Positions 17,964-25,118 of a stretch of 50,597 nucleotides of DNA are shown piece after piece. The notes under the pieces were generated by a model, which saw nothing but the letters and a program-made list of their open reading frames with translations, did not search any database and was not told the origin of the DNA. The position numbers and the translations under genes are program-made. How positions within the stretch are numbered: the first letter of the stretch is position 1; every line of letters begins with the position of its first letter. The stretch is taken from IMG/VR virus record IMGVR_UViG_3300021964_000106, positions 1 to 50,597 of that record. One strand, written 5' to 3'. Source of the stretch: a virus. Its lineage: Duplodnaviria > Caudoviricetes.

Positions 17964-18488
17964 ATGAAAGCAACATCCAAGTCATTCGCTAACATTGACA
18001 ACAACCGTCTTGCAACTGCAAAGCAGTTCTTCAGGGTTACCGTACACCACGCTAATCTCGTTAAAGACGAGATGAACATCCCTGAAAAATACTTTTTCAG
18101 ACTCCGTAAGCAAGTTGAAGCAGTACTTGCCCGAAACAACCCTAAAGGGTTGACTCATGGCGATGTGCAGAAGTTTCTAGCTTCAAAGAAGCTACCGAAG
18201 TATTTAATTGCAAACTTGCAGATACTCACCCTTGTTGAGCCGAAGGCTGAAGAACAACCGAAGGTTGCCAAGAAAGCCCCAGCAAAGCCGAAGGCTAAGG
18301 CTAAAGCCAAGCCGAAGGCTGTTAAGACTCAGCCAGAGGCTGTTAAGACTCAGCCGAAGGCTCCGGAGTTTAATCAAGAATTTGATGCCCGTCTGACCTT
18401 CCTTGAAGGTGAAGTCAGCGTCATGTCAGAAGACATCCAGACTATCAAGTCTGGCATGGAAATGATTCTGGAAACCCTGAAGGGTTAA
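17964..18488 (+). CDS. First early gene; Lys/Ala/Pro-rich linker and C-terminal coiled coil
   Basis: AAGGAG RBS at 17951-17956; PKVAKKAPAKPKAKAKAKPK segment; heptad-like C-terminus. Confidence 0.75.
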   Translation: MKATSKSFANIDNNRLATAKQFFRVTVHHANLVKDEMNIPEKYFFRLRKQVEAVLARNNPKGLTHGDVQKFLASKKLPKYLIANLQILTLVEPKAEEQPKVAKKAPAKPKAKAKAKPKAVKTQPEAVKTQPKAPEFNQEFDARLTFLEGEVSVMSEDIQTIKSGMEMILETLKG

Positions 18489-18533
18489 TTTAAAATTCAC
18501 GGCCAAGGACGGCCTAAACTCAAGGAGTTTAAA

Positions 18534-18692
18534 ATGGTAGTTTTAAAATTATTTAATTTAATATTTAATCGCCAATGCAAGTTAGTTGAAATTAAATCAA
18601 TAAGAAAATCAAGGAGTTATGCCAGATCAGGCTACTACCACTACATTGTAGTGAACAACACCCAGTACGTTTTCAGAGAGTTTATAATTTAA
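18534..18692 (+). CDS. Hypothetical early protein (52 aa)
   Basis: AAGGAG RBS at 18522-18527; hand-translated MVVLKLFNLIFNRQCK... Confidence 0.55.
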   Translation: MVVLKLFNLIFNRQCKLVEIKSIRKSRSYARSGYYHYIVVNNTQYVFREFII

Positions 18693-18705
18693 TTTAATTT
18701 TAAAT

Positions 18706-18768
18706 GGGTTATAATTATCTCTCAAAGGTTTTTGAGAGAGATAATTAAACCCCCAAAGCCGAAGGAGG
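18706..18768 (+). repeat. Early stem-loop/RBS element, copy 1 (variant)
   Basis: TAATTATCTCTC-AAAGGTTTTTGA-GAGAGATAATTA followed by AACCCCCAAAGCCGAAGGAGG. Confidence 0.9.
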
Positions 18769-18775
18769 CAACAGC

Positions 18776-18961
18776 ATGACCACAGCAACAGATCAAGCGA
18801 AGGGCAATTTTGGAGAATTAAAATTTATTGTGGGAAGCACAATAGAAGAATTAAAAAACGCAAGGATTGCGTTGTCTTACAACGATCCAGAAAGGTGGAA
18901 CCGAATAGCAGACACCCTGCTGGAAAGAAGCATTGAGAATTTAGAAAAATCAATTAAATAA
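18776..18961 (+). CDS. Hypothetical early protein
   Basis: 61 aa ORF with GGAGG RBS, between repeat copies 1 and 2. Confidence 0.7.
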   Translation: MTTATDQAKGNFGELKFIVGSTIEELKNARIALSYNDPERWNRIADTLLERSIENLEKSIK

Positions 18962-18971
18962 ATAAATAAAA

Positions 18972-19025
18972 GGGTGTTTATATATCTCAAAGGTTTTTGA
19001 GAGATATATAAACCCCCCAAAGGAG
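18972..19025 (+). repeat. Early stem-loop/RBS element, copy 2
   Basis: GGGTGTTTATATATCTC-AAAGGTTTTTGA-GAGATATATAAACCCCCCAAAGGAG. Confidence 0.95.
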
Positions 19026-19034
19026 AAAAGCACC

Positions 19035-19241
19035 ATGCTAGTTTTAGATTACCCCAGCAAAAAAGAACTTAAAGAAAACATTGGCGAGTCGCTTTGTTAC
19101 ATGGAAACTTCCATGTTCGGCCCAGAATATAAGTCAGATGGGACATTCTGTGGCTGTAACCGACCTCATATTACTGGTCACAAGCGGGAGTTTTTCGCTG
19201 AAGTTACTATGAAAGATGGCAAGATTTTTAAAGTTAGTTAA
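19035..19241 (+). CDS. Hypothetical early protein
   Basis: 68 aa YPSKKELKE.IG..L.Y.ETSMFGPEY...REFFA.V.MKDG.I.KV; RBS supplied by repeat. Confidence 0.75.
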   Translation: MLVLDYPSKKELKENIGESLCYMETSMFGPEYKSDGTFCGCNRPHITGHKREFFAEVTMKDGKIFKVS

Positions 19242-19249
19242 TTTTAAAT

Positions 19250-19302
19250 GGGGTTTATATATCTCAAAGGTTTTTGAGAGATATATAAACCCCCCAAAGG
19301 AG
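19250..19302 (+). repeat. Early stem-loop/RBS element, copy 3
   Basis: GGGGTTTATATATCTC-AAAGGTTTTTGA-GAGATATATAAACCCC (16-bp perfect stem) then CCAAAGGAG. Confidence 0.95.
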
Positions 19303-19308
19303 TACGGC

Positions 19309-19518
19309 ATGATTACTTTAACTAAAATTAGTTTGCTAACTGGTAACACTAACAAAATAGTGTTGCCAATAACTCAAGATGAATATGACAAAGCTGAACA
19401 AGCTAGAAAAGGAGGTATGTACATACAAGATGCTTACCCTACTCTCACAGCAGATCAAAGAGAGTTTTTAATAAGCGGAGCAACCCCAGAAGAATGGGAT
19501 AAGTTTTTTAATGTATAA
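19309..19518 (+). CDS. Hypothetical early protein
   Basis: Start MITLTKISLL after repeat RBS; IQDAYPTLTADQREFLISG.TPEEWD motif seen in small phage proteins. Confidence 0.75.
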   Translation: MITLTKISLLTGNTNKIVLPITQDEYDKAEQARKGGMYIQDAYPTLTADQREFLISGATPEEWDKFFNV

Positions 19519-19540
19519 ATTAAACTAAAGGAGACACGGC

Positions 19541-20353
19541 ATGAATTTCAACACACTAAAAGAAATCACCCGATCAAAATCAATATTCAAAGCAGTAGCA
19601 TCAGCATATAAACAGGAAGATAAGCAAGGCTGGCGTAAAGCAATGCTAAAATTTATGCGCTGGTTAAAAAGAGATAGTGCTGGTTGGTCAGTTATGATGA
19701 AAAAGGGCAACAGCAAACAGCAGTTTTTATCCTTCAGTAGCTTACCTGAAGTAAGCTGTCCCGGTGCTGGTGCTTGTCTCAAGTTTTGTTATAGCTTTAG
19801 AGCTTGGAGATATCCCGATGCATTTTTTAGACAATTACAAAACTATGTTTTGATGCAAACAGCTGAAGGTAGAGCCAAGATACTTGAAGACTTAGACAAG
19901 TATAAATCAGACAAACCAGTAGACTTTAGGTTATATGTTGATGGCGACTTTGCTAATGTTTCAGAAGTTACCTTCTGGATGGAAGCCTTGAAAGACCGCC
20001 CTTGGTTAAAAGCCTACGGCTACTCTAAATCTTGGGAAGAGTTGTTAGCTTACAAGGGCGAATGGCCTAGTAATTATAAATTAAATTTGTCTTCCGGTAG
20101 CAAGCATGATGCTGAGTTAAAAGCTAAGGTTAAAGCTTTACCAGTTACAAGGGGCAGTTTTGTAGCGGTAGATGTTGGTTATAAAGTAACCAGTGATATG
20201 CATGGCGATAGAAAACATCAGAGTTTTCTCAGAAAACTATATGGTATTAAAGCCTTCACCTGCCCCGGAAAATGTAATACTTGTACCCCAAAAGGTCATG
20301 CTTGTGGATCAGATAGATTCCAAGGCATGGATATAATAATTGCAACGCATTAA
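19541..20353 (+). CDS. GP88-like protein (Cys-rich, radical-SAM-like)
   Basis: GNSK..F.SFS.LP..SCPGAGACLKFCY, FRLYVDGDF, YGYSKS, C-terminal CPGKCNTC...C...IATH. Confidence 0.75.
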   Translation: MNFNTLKEITRSKSIFKAVASAYKQEDKQGWRKAMLKFMRWLKRDSAGWSVMMKKGNSKQQFLSFSSLPEVSCPGAGACLKFCYSFRAWRYPDAFFRQLQNYVLMQTAEGRAKILEDLDKYKSDKPVDFRLYVDGDFANVSEVTFWMEALKDRPWLKAYGYSKSWEELLAYKGEWPSNYKLNLSSGSKHDAELKAKVKALPVTRGSFVAVDVGYKVTSDMHGDRKHQSFLRKLYGIKAFTCPGKCNTCTPKGHACGSDRFQGMDIIIATH

Positions 20354-20369
20354 AATTAATTAATATAAA

Positions 20370-20423
20370 GGGTGTTTATATATCTCAAAGGTTTTTGAGA
20401 GATATATAAACCCCCCAAAGGAG
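20370..20423 (+). repeat. Early stem-loop/RBS element, copy 4
   Basis: Identical to copy 2 over 54 nt. Confidence 0.95.
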
Positions 20424-20431
20424 ACAGCGAC

Positions 20432-20614
20432 ATGACAGTTGAAACAACACCGGAATATTGGGATTGTGAATGTGAACATAATTATATTCACTACAAAACT
20501 CAGCCAACTTGTGAGATATGTGGTAGTGAAAAAGATGAACAGCCGGAGTCAATAATAAATGAAGTAATAATTCTTCTAAAGGAGAGACTAAATGCTATTG
20601 AAAGTGAAAGTTAA
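20432..20614 (+). CDS. Small zinc-ribbon-like protein
   Basis: YWDCECEHNYIH...CEICG; RBS supplied by repeat. Confidence 0.7.
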   Translation: MTVETTPEYWDCECEHNYIHYKTQPTCEICGSEKDEQPESIINEVIILLKERLNAIESES

Positions 20615-20765
20615 AAACAATTACGGTACTGAACATATCTATCCAGTAAGTGAAGAAGCTAAATTGCTGGCACAGCTAGCTGGTAGTAAAACATTGACCC
20701 AAAGCACTATAGAAATAGCTAAAAAACTAGGTTTTAAATTCTCAGTTGAGAGGGTAGAAATATGA
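20592..20765 (+). CDS. Hypothetical early protein (57 aa)
   Basis: Hand-translated MLLKVKVKNNYGTEHIYPVSEEAKLLAQLAGSKTLT...KKLGF; AAGGAG RBS. Confidence 0.7.
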   Translation: MLLKVKVKNNYGTEHIYPVSEEAKLLAQLAGSKTLTQSTIEIAKKLGFKFSVERVEI

Positions 20766-20980
20766 TAACTAGAATACACGTTAACCAACATAACATCAGG
20801 GACAATAGTAAAGATGGAGGCTCAAGGCCAGTTTTAACTGTTAAAGACTACAAACAAAACAGAAAATGTGATGAAGTATTTTTTACTAATGGACGAGTAA
20901 TATATTCCCCCGACAAACCATTGTCTTGCGGAGCTAAAGTATGGATTGAAACAACTGAACCAGTGGAGATTATACGATGA
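20762..20980 (+). CDS. Conserved hypothetical phage protein
   Basis: IHVNQHNIR.N...VIYSPDKPLSCGAKVWIET motif; ATGA coupling. Confidence 0.75.
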   Translation: MITRIHVNQHNIRDNSKDGGSRPVLTVKDYKQNRKCDEVFFTNGRVIYSPDKPLSCGAKVWIETTEPVEIIR

Positions 20981-21264
20981 GTGAGTTTAATCAGATACAT
21001 CTATTTGATGGTGCAGATTACAACCCAGAAAGAGATGGCGCAAGACTGTCAAAACAACTTCAAAAAATTTATGACCTAATGAAAGAAGGCAGATGGTGGA
21101 CTTTGCGGGAGTTAGAAGATGCAACTAATTACCCACAGGCTTCTATCTCAGCAAGCATAAGGAATTTTAGAAAAGATAAATTTGGTGGGCATACTGTTGA
21201 AAGAGAATATGTAACCAATGGAATTTATAAATATAAATTAATCTTAAAGAGGGCGGAAGCATGA
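20977..21264 (+). CDS. Winged helix-turn-helix protein
   Basis: WWTLRELEDATNYPQASISASIRNFRK.KFGG.TVERE. Confidence 0.7.
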   Translation: MSEFNQIHLFDGADYNPERDGARLSKQLQKIYDLMKEGRWWTLRELEDATNYPQASISASIRNFRKDKFGGHTVEREYVTNGIYKYKLILKRAEA

Positions 21265-21413
21265 ATGACAAACAAACTTTGATGGAACGGGTTATTGAAC
21301 AGATAAAAAAAGATGTTGCTGATAAAGAATTGCAGCCCCTTGCTCTCCTTCTTTCCAACATAGACAGACGTTTACTAGAAAGTTTTATGGAAGAAGCAGA
21401 GGAGGAATCATGA
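21261..21413 (+). CDS. Hypothetical protein (50 aa)
   Basis: Hand-translated MNDKQTLMERVIEQIKKDV...; ATGA overlaps at both ends. Confidence 0.6.
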   Translation: MNDKQTLMERVIEQIKKDVADKELQPLALLLSNIDRRLLESFMEEAEEES

Positions 21414-21559
21414 AACACTATCTTGAATTATTAATTTCGTTTATAATTAACACCCTACCCCTCGTGGTTATATATTTTATATTTATTCACTCGGGGTTTT
21501 TAAATAACATAAATACTTACATAACAAAGGAGATAGAAGAATGTCCCGTGATCCAGTAG
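21410..21559 (+). CDS. Small hydrophobic protein (49 aa)
   Basis: MKHYLELLISFIINTLPLVVIYFIFIHSG...; GGAGG RBS. Confidence 0.5.
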   Translation: MKHYLELLISFIINTLPLVVIYFIFIHSGFLNNINTYITKEIEECPVIQ

Positions 21560-21687
21560 ATATTGCAGAATTAGAACGAGACTTTGAAGAAACCTATGGC
21601 TCCCGCGAACAGCAATTTGCTGAGTGGTGGCATAGTCAAGAAAGAAAAGCAGATATGGAACATGAAACAAAGGAGAGTGCGGGATGA
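21541..21687 (+). CDS. Small acidic protein (48 aa)
   Basis: MSRDPVDIAELERDFEETYG...; AAGGAG RBS. Confidence 0.6.
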   Translation: MSRDPVDIAELERDFEETYGSREQQFAEWWHSQERKADMEHETKESAG

Positions 21688-21911
21688 ATTCAGTTAAAAA
21701 GCAATCAAAATTTATTATTAAAACTTATAAGTCGGGTGTAAAGATGGGGTTGACTGATGCTGAGACAGCAAAGAGCGCACTTGTTCTTTTCTCTACCTTA
21801 GCAATGAAACATGATCTTAATAGAGAATACGCATCGGAAGTGGCTGATGCCATTTTAGATCAAGCTTATGGGGAAGAATTCCAATCTTTAATAACAGGAG
21901 ATATGCATTGA
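21684..21911 (+). CDS. Hypothetical protein
   Basis: 75 aa ORF, AAGGAG RBS, coupled to neighbours. Confidence 0.65.
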   Translation: MNSVKKQSKFIIKTYKSGVKMGLTDAETAKSALVLFSTLAMKHDLNREYASEVADAILDQAYGEEFQSLITGDMH

Positions 21912-22105
21912 AAAGTAAAGAGCTGAAAGCAAACTGGGAAGTGTGGGTAGCTGGTCATAAGATACTGGTACACGATAAAACTTATTATGAAGCTATTGAA
22001 GAAGCTGAAGCTTTAGGCACACCTTTTGCCATAACTCAGAAGAATTATACTTATAAACAGATGAAACAACGACAAGAACTAGAAGGAGAATCTCATGCAA
22101 GTTAA
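21908..22105 (+). CDS. Hypothetical protein
   Basis: 65 aa ORF, TTG start overlapping upstream stop, AGGAG RBS. Confidence 0.55.
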   Translation: MKSKELKANWEVWVAGHKILVHDKTYYEAIEEAEALGTPFAITQKNYTYKQMKQRQELEGESHAS

Positions 22106-22364
22106 TGAAATTAGAAGAGAAATAGGTGAGTTTGATTATGCCCTTAGCGAATACAAACAGATGGTAGAATTCTACCCACTTGTTGAAAATTTGGTGGAAG
22201 CAGTTCTTGTACAGGCTAGGAGCGAGGAAGATGATTTAAGATTCTCCTGTGCTAGAGCATTAGGTAGGATTACAGGACTGCTGCCGTCAATACTTAGTAT
22301 TACAGATGTAGAAGAACGTAAAGAAAAAATAATTCAAATTACAAAGGAGAAAACCAATGTCTAA
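22095..22364 (+). CDS. Hypothetical protein
   Basis: 89 aa ORF, AAGGAG RBS. Confidence 0.65.
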   Translation: MQVNEIRREIGEFDYALSEYKQMVEFYPLVENLVEAVLVQARSEEDDLRFSCARALGRITGLLPSILSITDVEERKEKIIQITKEKTNV

Positions 22365-23268
22365 TATTGTTTCACTAAACTCTAATCGTGATAATATGCT
22401 CGGCCTATACAATCAGGGGTACGGAGCTGCTAGTTTTGATACTCATATGAGTCCACTTTATTATGCCCCAACCCCGCATGATAGAATCCAATCCGATAAG
22501 ATGGCTATCTATCGTGGCGATACTTGGGAATTTTTAGGAGCTGTTAGTAGGAAGTACAACCTAGTAACTCACCGCGAGATGATAGATAACCAACGAGCCA
22601 TTCTGGAGCGTTCTAATCTTGACTGTTCTAACATTGAAGAAAGGATTACTGTTGGTAGCAACGGCAGCAAATGCTTTGTGCATCATACTCTCCCTGCTCA
22701 TAAGGTAACAACCCCCGATGGGGACACTGCGGTGTTAACATTCCTCGGTACTAACAGCTACGATGGGACATTTAGTTTCCTATTATCTGGTGGTGCTAGG
22801 CAGGGTGCTTGTATGAATGGTCAAGTCTGGACAAAAGATGCAGCCACAATTTATAAAGCTAAGCACTCTAAGTCTTTAAATATTAATCATGCTGCCCGAG
22901 TTGTAGGCTCCGCTTTAGATGTGCTTTCTGAACAAAATAATATATGGCATAAGCTTGCCAACACAGGATGTACAGATTACGCAGCTAAAAATTGGATACT
23001 AAAAGCTCTTAATATTAAGATGGATGCTGAAGAGTTTGAAGCGCACTGTCGTGAAACTGGTAAGTCTAATAAAAATTACTTGTATCTTGTTAATGCTTGG
23101 ATGAAGTACCGCACCAGACTTCGTAGCCCAAGTAAATGGGCTTTGTATAATGCATTTACTGATTGGTCTACTCATGCTCCTGCTGCAAGAAAGAGTACTG
23201 ATATCAGTAACTTACAACGTAAACGTGAGGAAGCTGTGCAAAATATAGTGACTGCTTTAGCTGCTTAA
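22357..23268 (+). CDS. DUF932-family protein
   Basis: LGAVSRKYNLVTH, TNSYDGT, R.ACMNG, KH.KS, SKWALYNAFTDWSTH motifs. Confidence 0.8.
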   Translation: MSNIVSLNSNRDNMLGLYNQGYGAASFDTHMSPLYYAPTPHDRIQSDKMAIYRGDTWEFLGAVSRKYNLVTHREMIDNQRAILERSNLDCSNIEERITVGSNGSKCFVHHTLPAHKVTTPDGDTAVLTFLGTNSYDGTFSFLLSGGARQGACMNGQVWTKDAATIYKAKHSKSLNINHAARVVGSALDVLSEQNNIWHKLANTGCTDYAAKNWILKALNIKMDAEEFEAHCRETGKSNKNYLYLVNAWMKYRTRLRSPSKWALYNAFTDWSTHAPAARKSTDISNLQRKREEAVQNIVTALAA

Positions 23269-23314
23269 ATTTTTGATGCCGTTGCCAAGGATGGCATTTT
23301 TAAAAGGAGATATT

Positions 23315-23623
23315 ATGTCTAAGAAAAAGAAACTAGAAGTTATTAGTAGGTTAGATAAAAAACTTTTGAATCTAAAGTCAGGTGATCATTTCATAATTGA
23401 TTTGAATCACCAAGGACGTAGATTCTGTGAGGTAAAAATTGGTTACAAGCATGGTAGGATTAAACCTCTATTTGAAAGTACAGGTACTAGGGTTACTGCT
23501 AACAAACTTAAAAAGAAACTGGCTGATACCTACTGGCAAGAAGCTAGAACTGATGCCACATATAAGGCATGGGAAAAAGATAGAAAACATAGATCTAGGA
23601 ACTGGGAGAAGGCTTATGCCTAG
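23315..23623 (+). CDS. Hypothetical basic protein
   Basis: AAGGAG RBS before MSKKKK; G.RFCEVKIGYK motif. Confidence 0.65.
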   Translation: MSKKKKLEVISRLDKKLLNLKSGDHFIIDLNHQGRRFCEVKIGYKHGRIKPLFESTGTRVTANKLKKKLADTYWQEARTDATYKAWEKDRKHRSRNWEKAYA

Positions 23624-24038
23624 ACCAACATACGAAAACAAACAAAGTTTAAAAGACGAGCAAAGCTTTGGCGAGGTAATTCAAACTGCTTGGAACTGTG
23701 AGTTAATCAAGATGCCTGTGCAATATAAAATAGATTACTGTTGTTATCGGGACAAGCAGCTGATTGGTTTTGCTGAGTTAAAGAATAGGACTTGTAGCAA
23801 AGCTAAGTATCCTACTTATATGATAAGCCTGAGTAAGTATATAGCAGCTGTAAACTTATCAAGGACTCTAGGTAAACCAACTAATCTATGTGTCCGATGG
23901 ACAGACCAGAGCGGGTATTTAAGATTAGATACAATTAAAGATCCCGACATTGGTCAAGGCGGGAGGTTTGATAGAAACGATTGGCAAGATGTAGAGCCTG
24001 TAATTTATATAGATATAAATAGTTTTATGAGGATCTAA
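23616..24038 (+). CDS. PD-(D/E)XK-type nuclease-like protein
   Basis: Start MPRPTYE; Y.IDY.......FAELKNR motif; GGRFDRND..D.EP C-terminus. Confidence 0.7.
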   Translation: MPRPTYENKQSLKDEQSFGEVIQTAWNCELIKMPVQYKIDYCCYRDKQLIGFAELKNRTCSKAKYPTYMISLSKYIAAVNLSRTLGKPTNLCVRWTDQSGYLRLDTIKDPDIGQGGRFDRNDWQDVEPVIYIDINSFMRI

Positions 24039-24039
24039 T

Positions 24040-24321
24040 ATGAATGAAATAAAAAATAATATTTTAAATAACTTTAAAAATATTAAAGATAACTATAAGA
24101 CTTCTATTAACAACTACAACAAGCTACTTGTAGTACTTTCTATAAGTCTTTATATAATAAGTATACTAAGTGCTTTAATGGTCTTTATAGAGATTATAGA
24201 ACTAAAAGACTTTAAAAGCAACACCGGATTTATTCCATCCACACTTGAGTTTGTTTTACTAGCTGTTGTCAGCTGGTGGGGCAGTCAAAAGACTGCGGAT
24301 AGAATAATAGTAAAGCTGTAA
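24040..24321 (+). CDS. Putative membrane protein in AT-rich low-complexity DNA
   Basis: Two hydrophobic stretches, GAGG RBS; coding status uncertain. Confidence 0.4.
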   Translation: MNEIKNNILNNFKNIKDNYKTSINNYNKLLVVLSISLYIISILSALMVFIEIIELKDFKSNTGFIPSTLEFVLLAVVSWWGSQKTADRIIVKL

Positions 24322-24328
24322 TTTTTTG

Positions 24329-24357
24329 TTGACATGCCATAACAATAAGATTACAGT
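24329..24357 (+). promoter_or_regulatory. sigma70 promoter upstream of SSB
   Basis: TTGACA (24329-24334), 17-nt spacer, TACAGT (24352-24357). Confidence 0.65.
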
Positions 24358-24391
24358 TCAATTTCAATCAACAATACACATGAGGTGTAAT

Positions 24392-24826
24392 ATGCCAGTA
24401 GTAGCAGGAACCGCTTATTGGGCAAGCGTAACTCAGCCCAACACAACTTACGAACCAGTTTATTCTGTAAACTTAGTCGTAGATGAAACAACCGCTGATG
24501 AGTTCAGGTCTCGTGGCTTCAACATCAAAGAGATGGACGAAGGCCCAGCACTTGTTATTAAGCGTAAGGTTGAAGGCCCAAATGGTATGGTGCGCTCTGC
24601 TCCTAAACTGTTTGATGCTACCAAGCGTGAGATCAATTGTCTCATCGGTAATGGATCAAAGGTCAAAGTCCAGTACAAAGAGTGGGAGTCCAACTACAAA
24701 GGGACTAACCATAAAGGTCTAGACTTCATGGCTATGCAGGTCATTGATCTAGTTACTTACTCCAATCAGCCGGGCGATGAGTTTGATGTAGAAGAAGCAG
24801 CCGATCCTTTTGAGGCGGAGCTGTGA
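24392..24826 (+). CDS. ssb: Single-stranded DNA-binding protein (T7 gp2.5-like)
   Basis: G.AYWA.V..PN, IGNGSKVKV, MQVIDLV.Y, acidic tail; GAGG RBS before MPVVAG. Confidence 0.85.
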   Translation: MPVVAGTAYWASVTQPNTTYEPVYSVNLVVDETTADEFRSRGFNIKEMDEGPALVIKRKVEGPNGMVRSAPKLFDATKREINCLIGNGSKVKVQYKEWESNYKGTNHKGLDFMAMQVIDLVTYSNQPGDEFDVEEAADPFEAEL

Positions 24827-25026
24827 TCTACACATTTAACGGCAAGCAGTATGATGTTTCCCTCTTGGGCGAGGAAGTCAAGGAAGACTTCCTCACTCTT
24901 TCTGAAGTTCAGAATGAGGTTGCCCTGCTGGGTAAAAAGTCTTATGTACTTAAATGTTGTGCTGCTGAATTGAATCGTAAGATACAATCTAATTTGTCTA
25001 ATGAGGTTCTAATTCAGGACGAATAA
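24823..25026 (+). CDS. Hypothetical protein
   Basis: 67 aa, GTGA overlap with SSB; TFNGKQYDVS.L motif. Confidence 0.65.
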   Translation: MIYTFNGKQYDVSLLGEEVKEDFLTLSEVQNEVALLGKKSYVLKCCAAELNRKIQSNLSNEVLIQDE

Positions 25027-25073
25027 GTTCCCCTCACCTTCTACCTGTTACTCCTTGCAGGTAGTTGACCTTT

Positions 25074-25103
25074 GGGGGGGCTTTCATAGCCCCCCCTTTT
25101 TTT
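25074..25103 (+). terminator. Intrinsic terminator between SSB unit and primase-helicase
   Basis: GGGGGGGCT-TTCAT-AGCCCCCCC-TTTTTTT. Confidence 0.9.
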
Positions 25104-25118
25104 CACGAGGAAACTTAT

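Noticed and set aside
18706-20423. CRISPR array or integron attC array
   Set aside because: Spacing is irregular (about 270, 280 and 1120 nt) with whole genes between copies. There is no cas operon or integron integrase, and the ends lack the RYYYAAC...GTTRRRY arrangement.
25065-25118. Longer upstream starts given by the ORF track (25065; likewise 24326, 23439, 23273, 19216, 17916, 11149)
   Set aside because: They run through terminators, promoters, repeats or upstream genes; downstream ATGs with clear RBSs are better starts.
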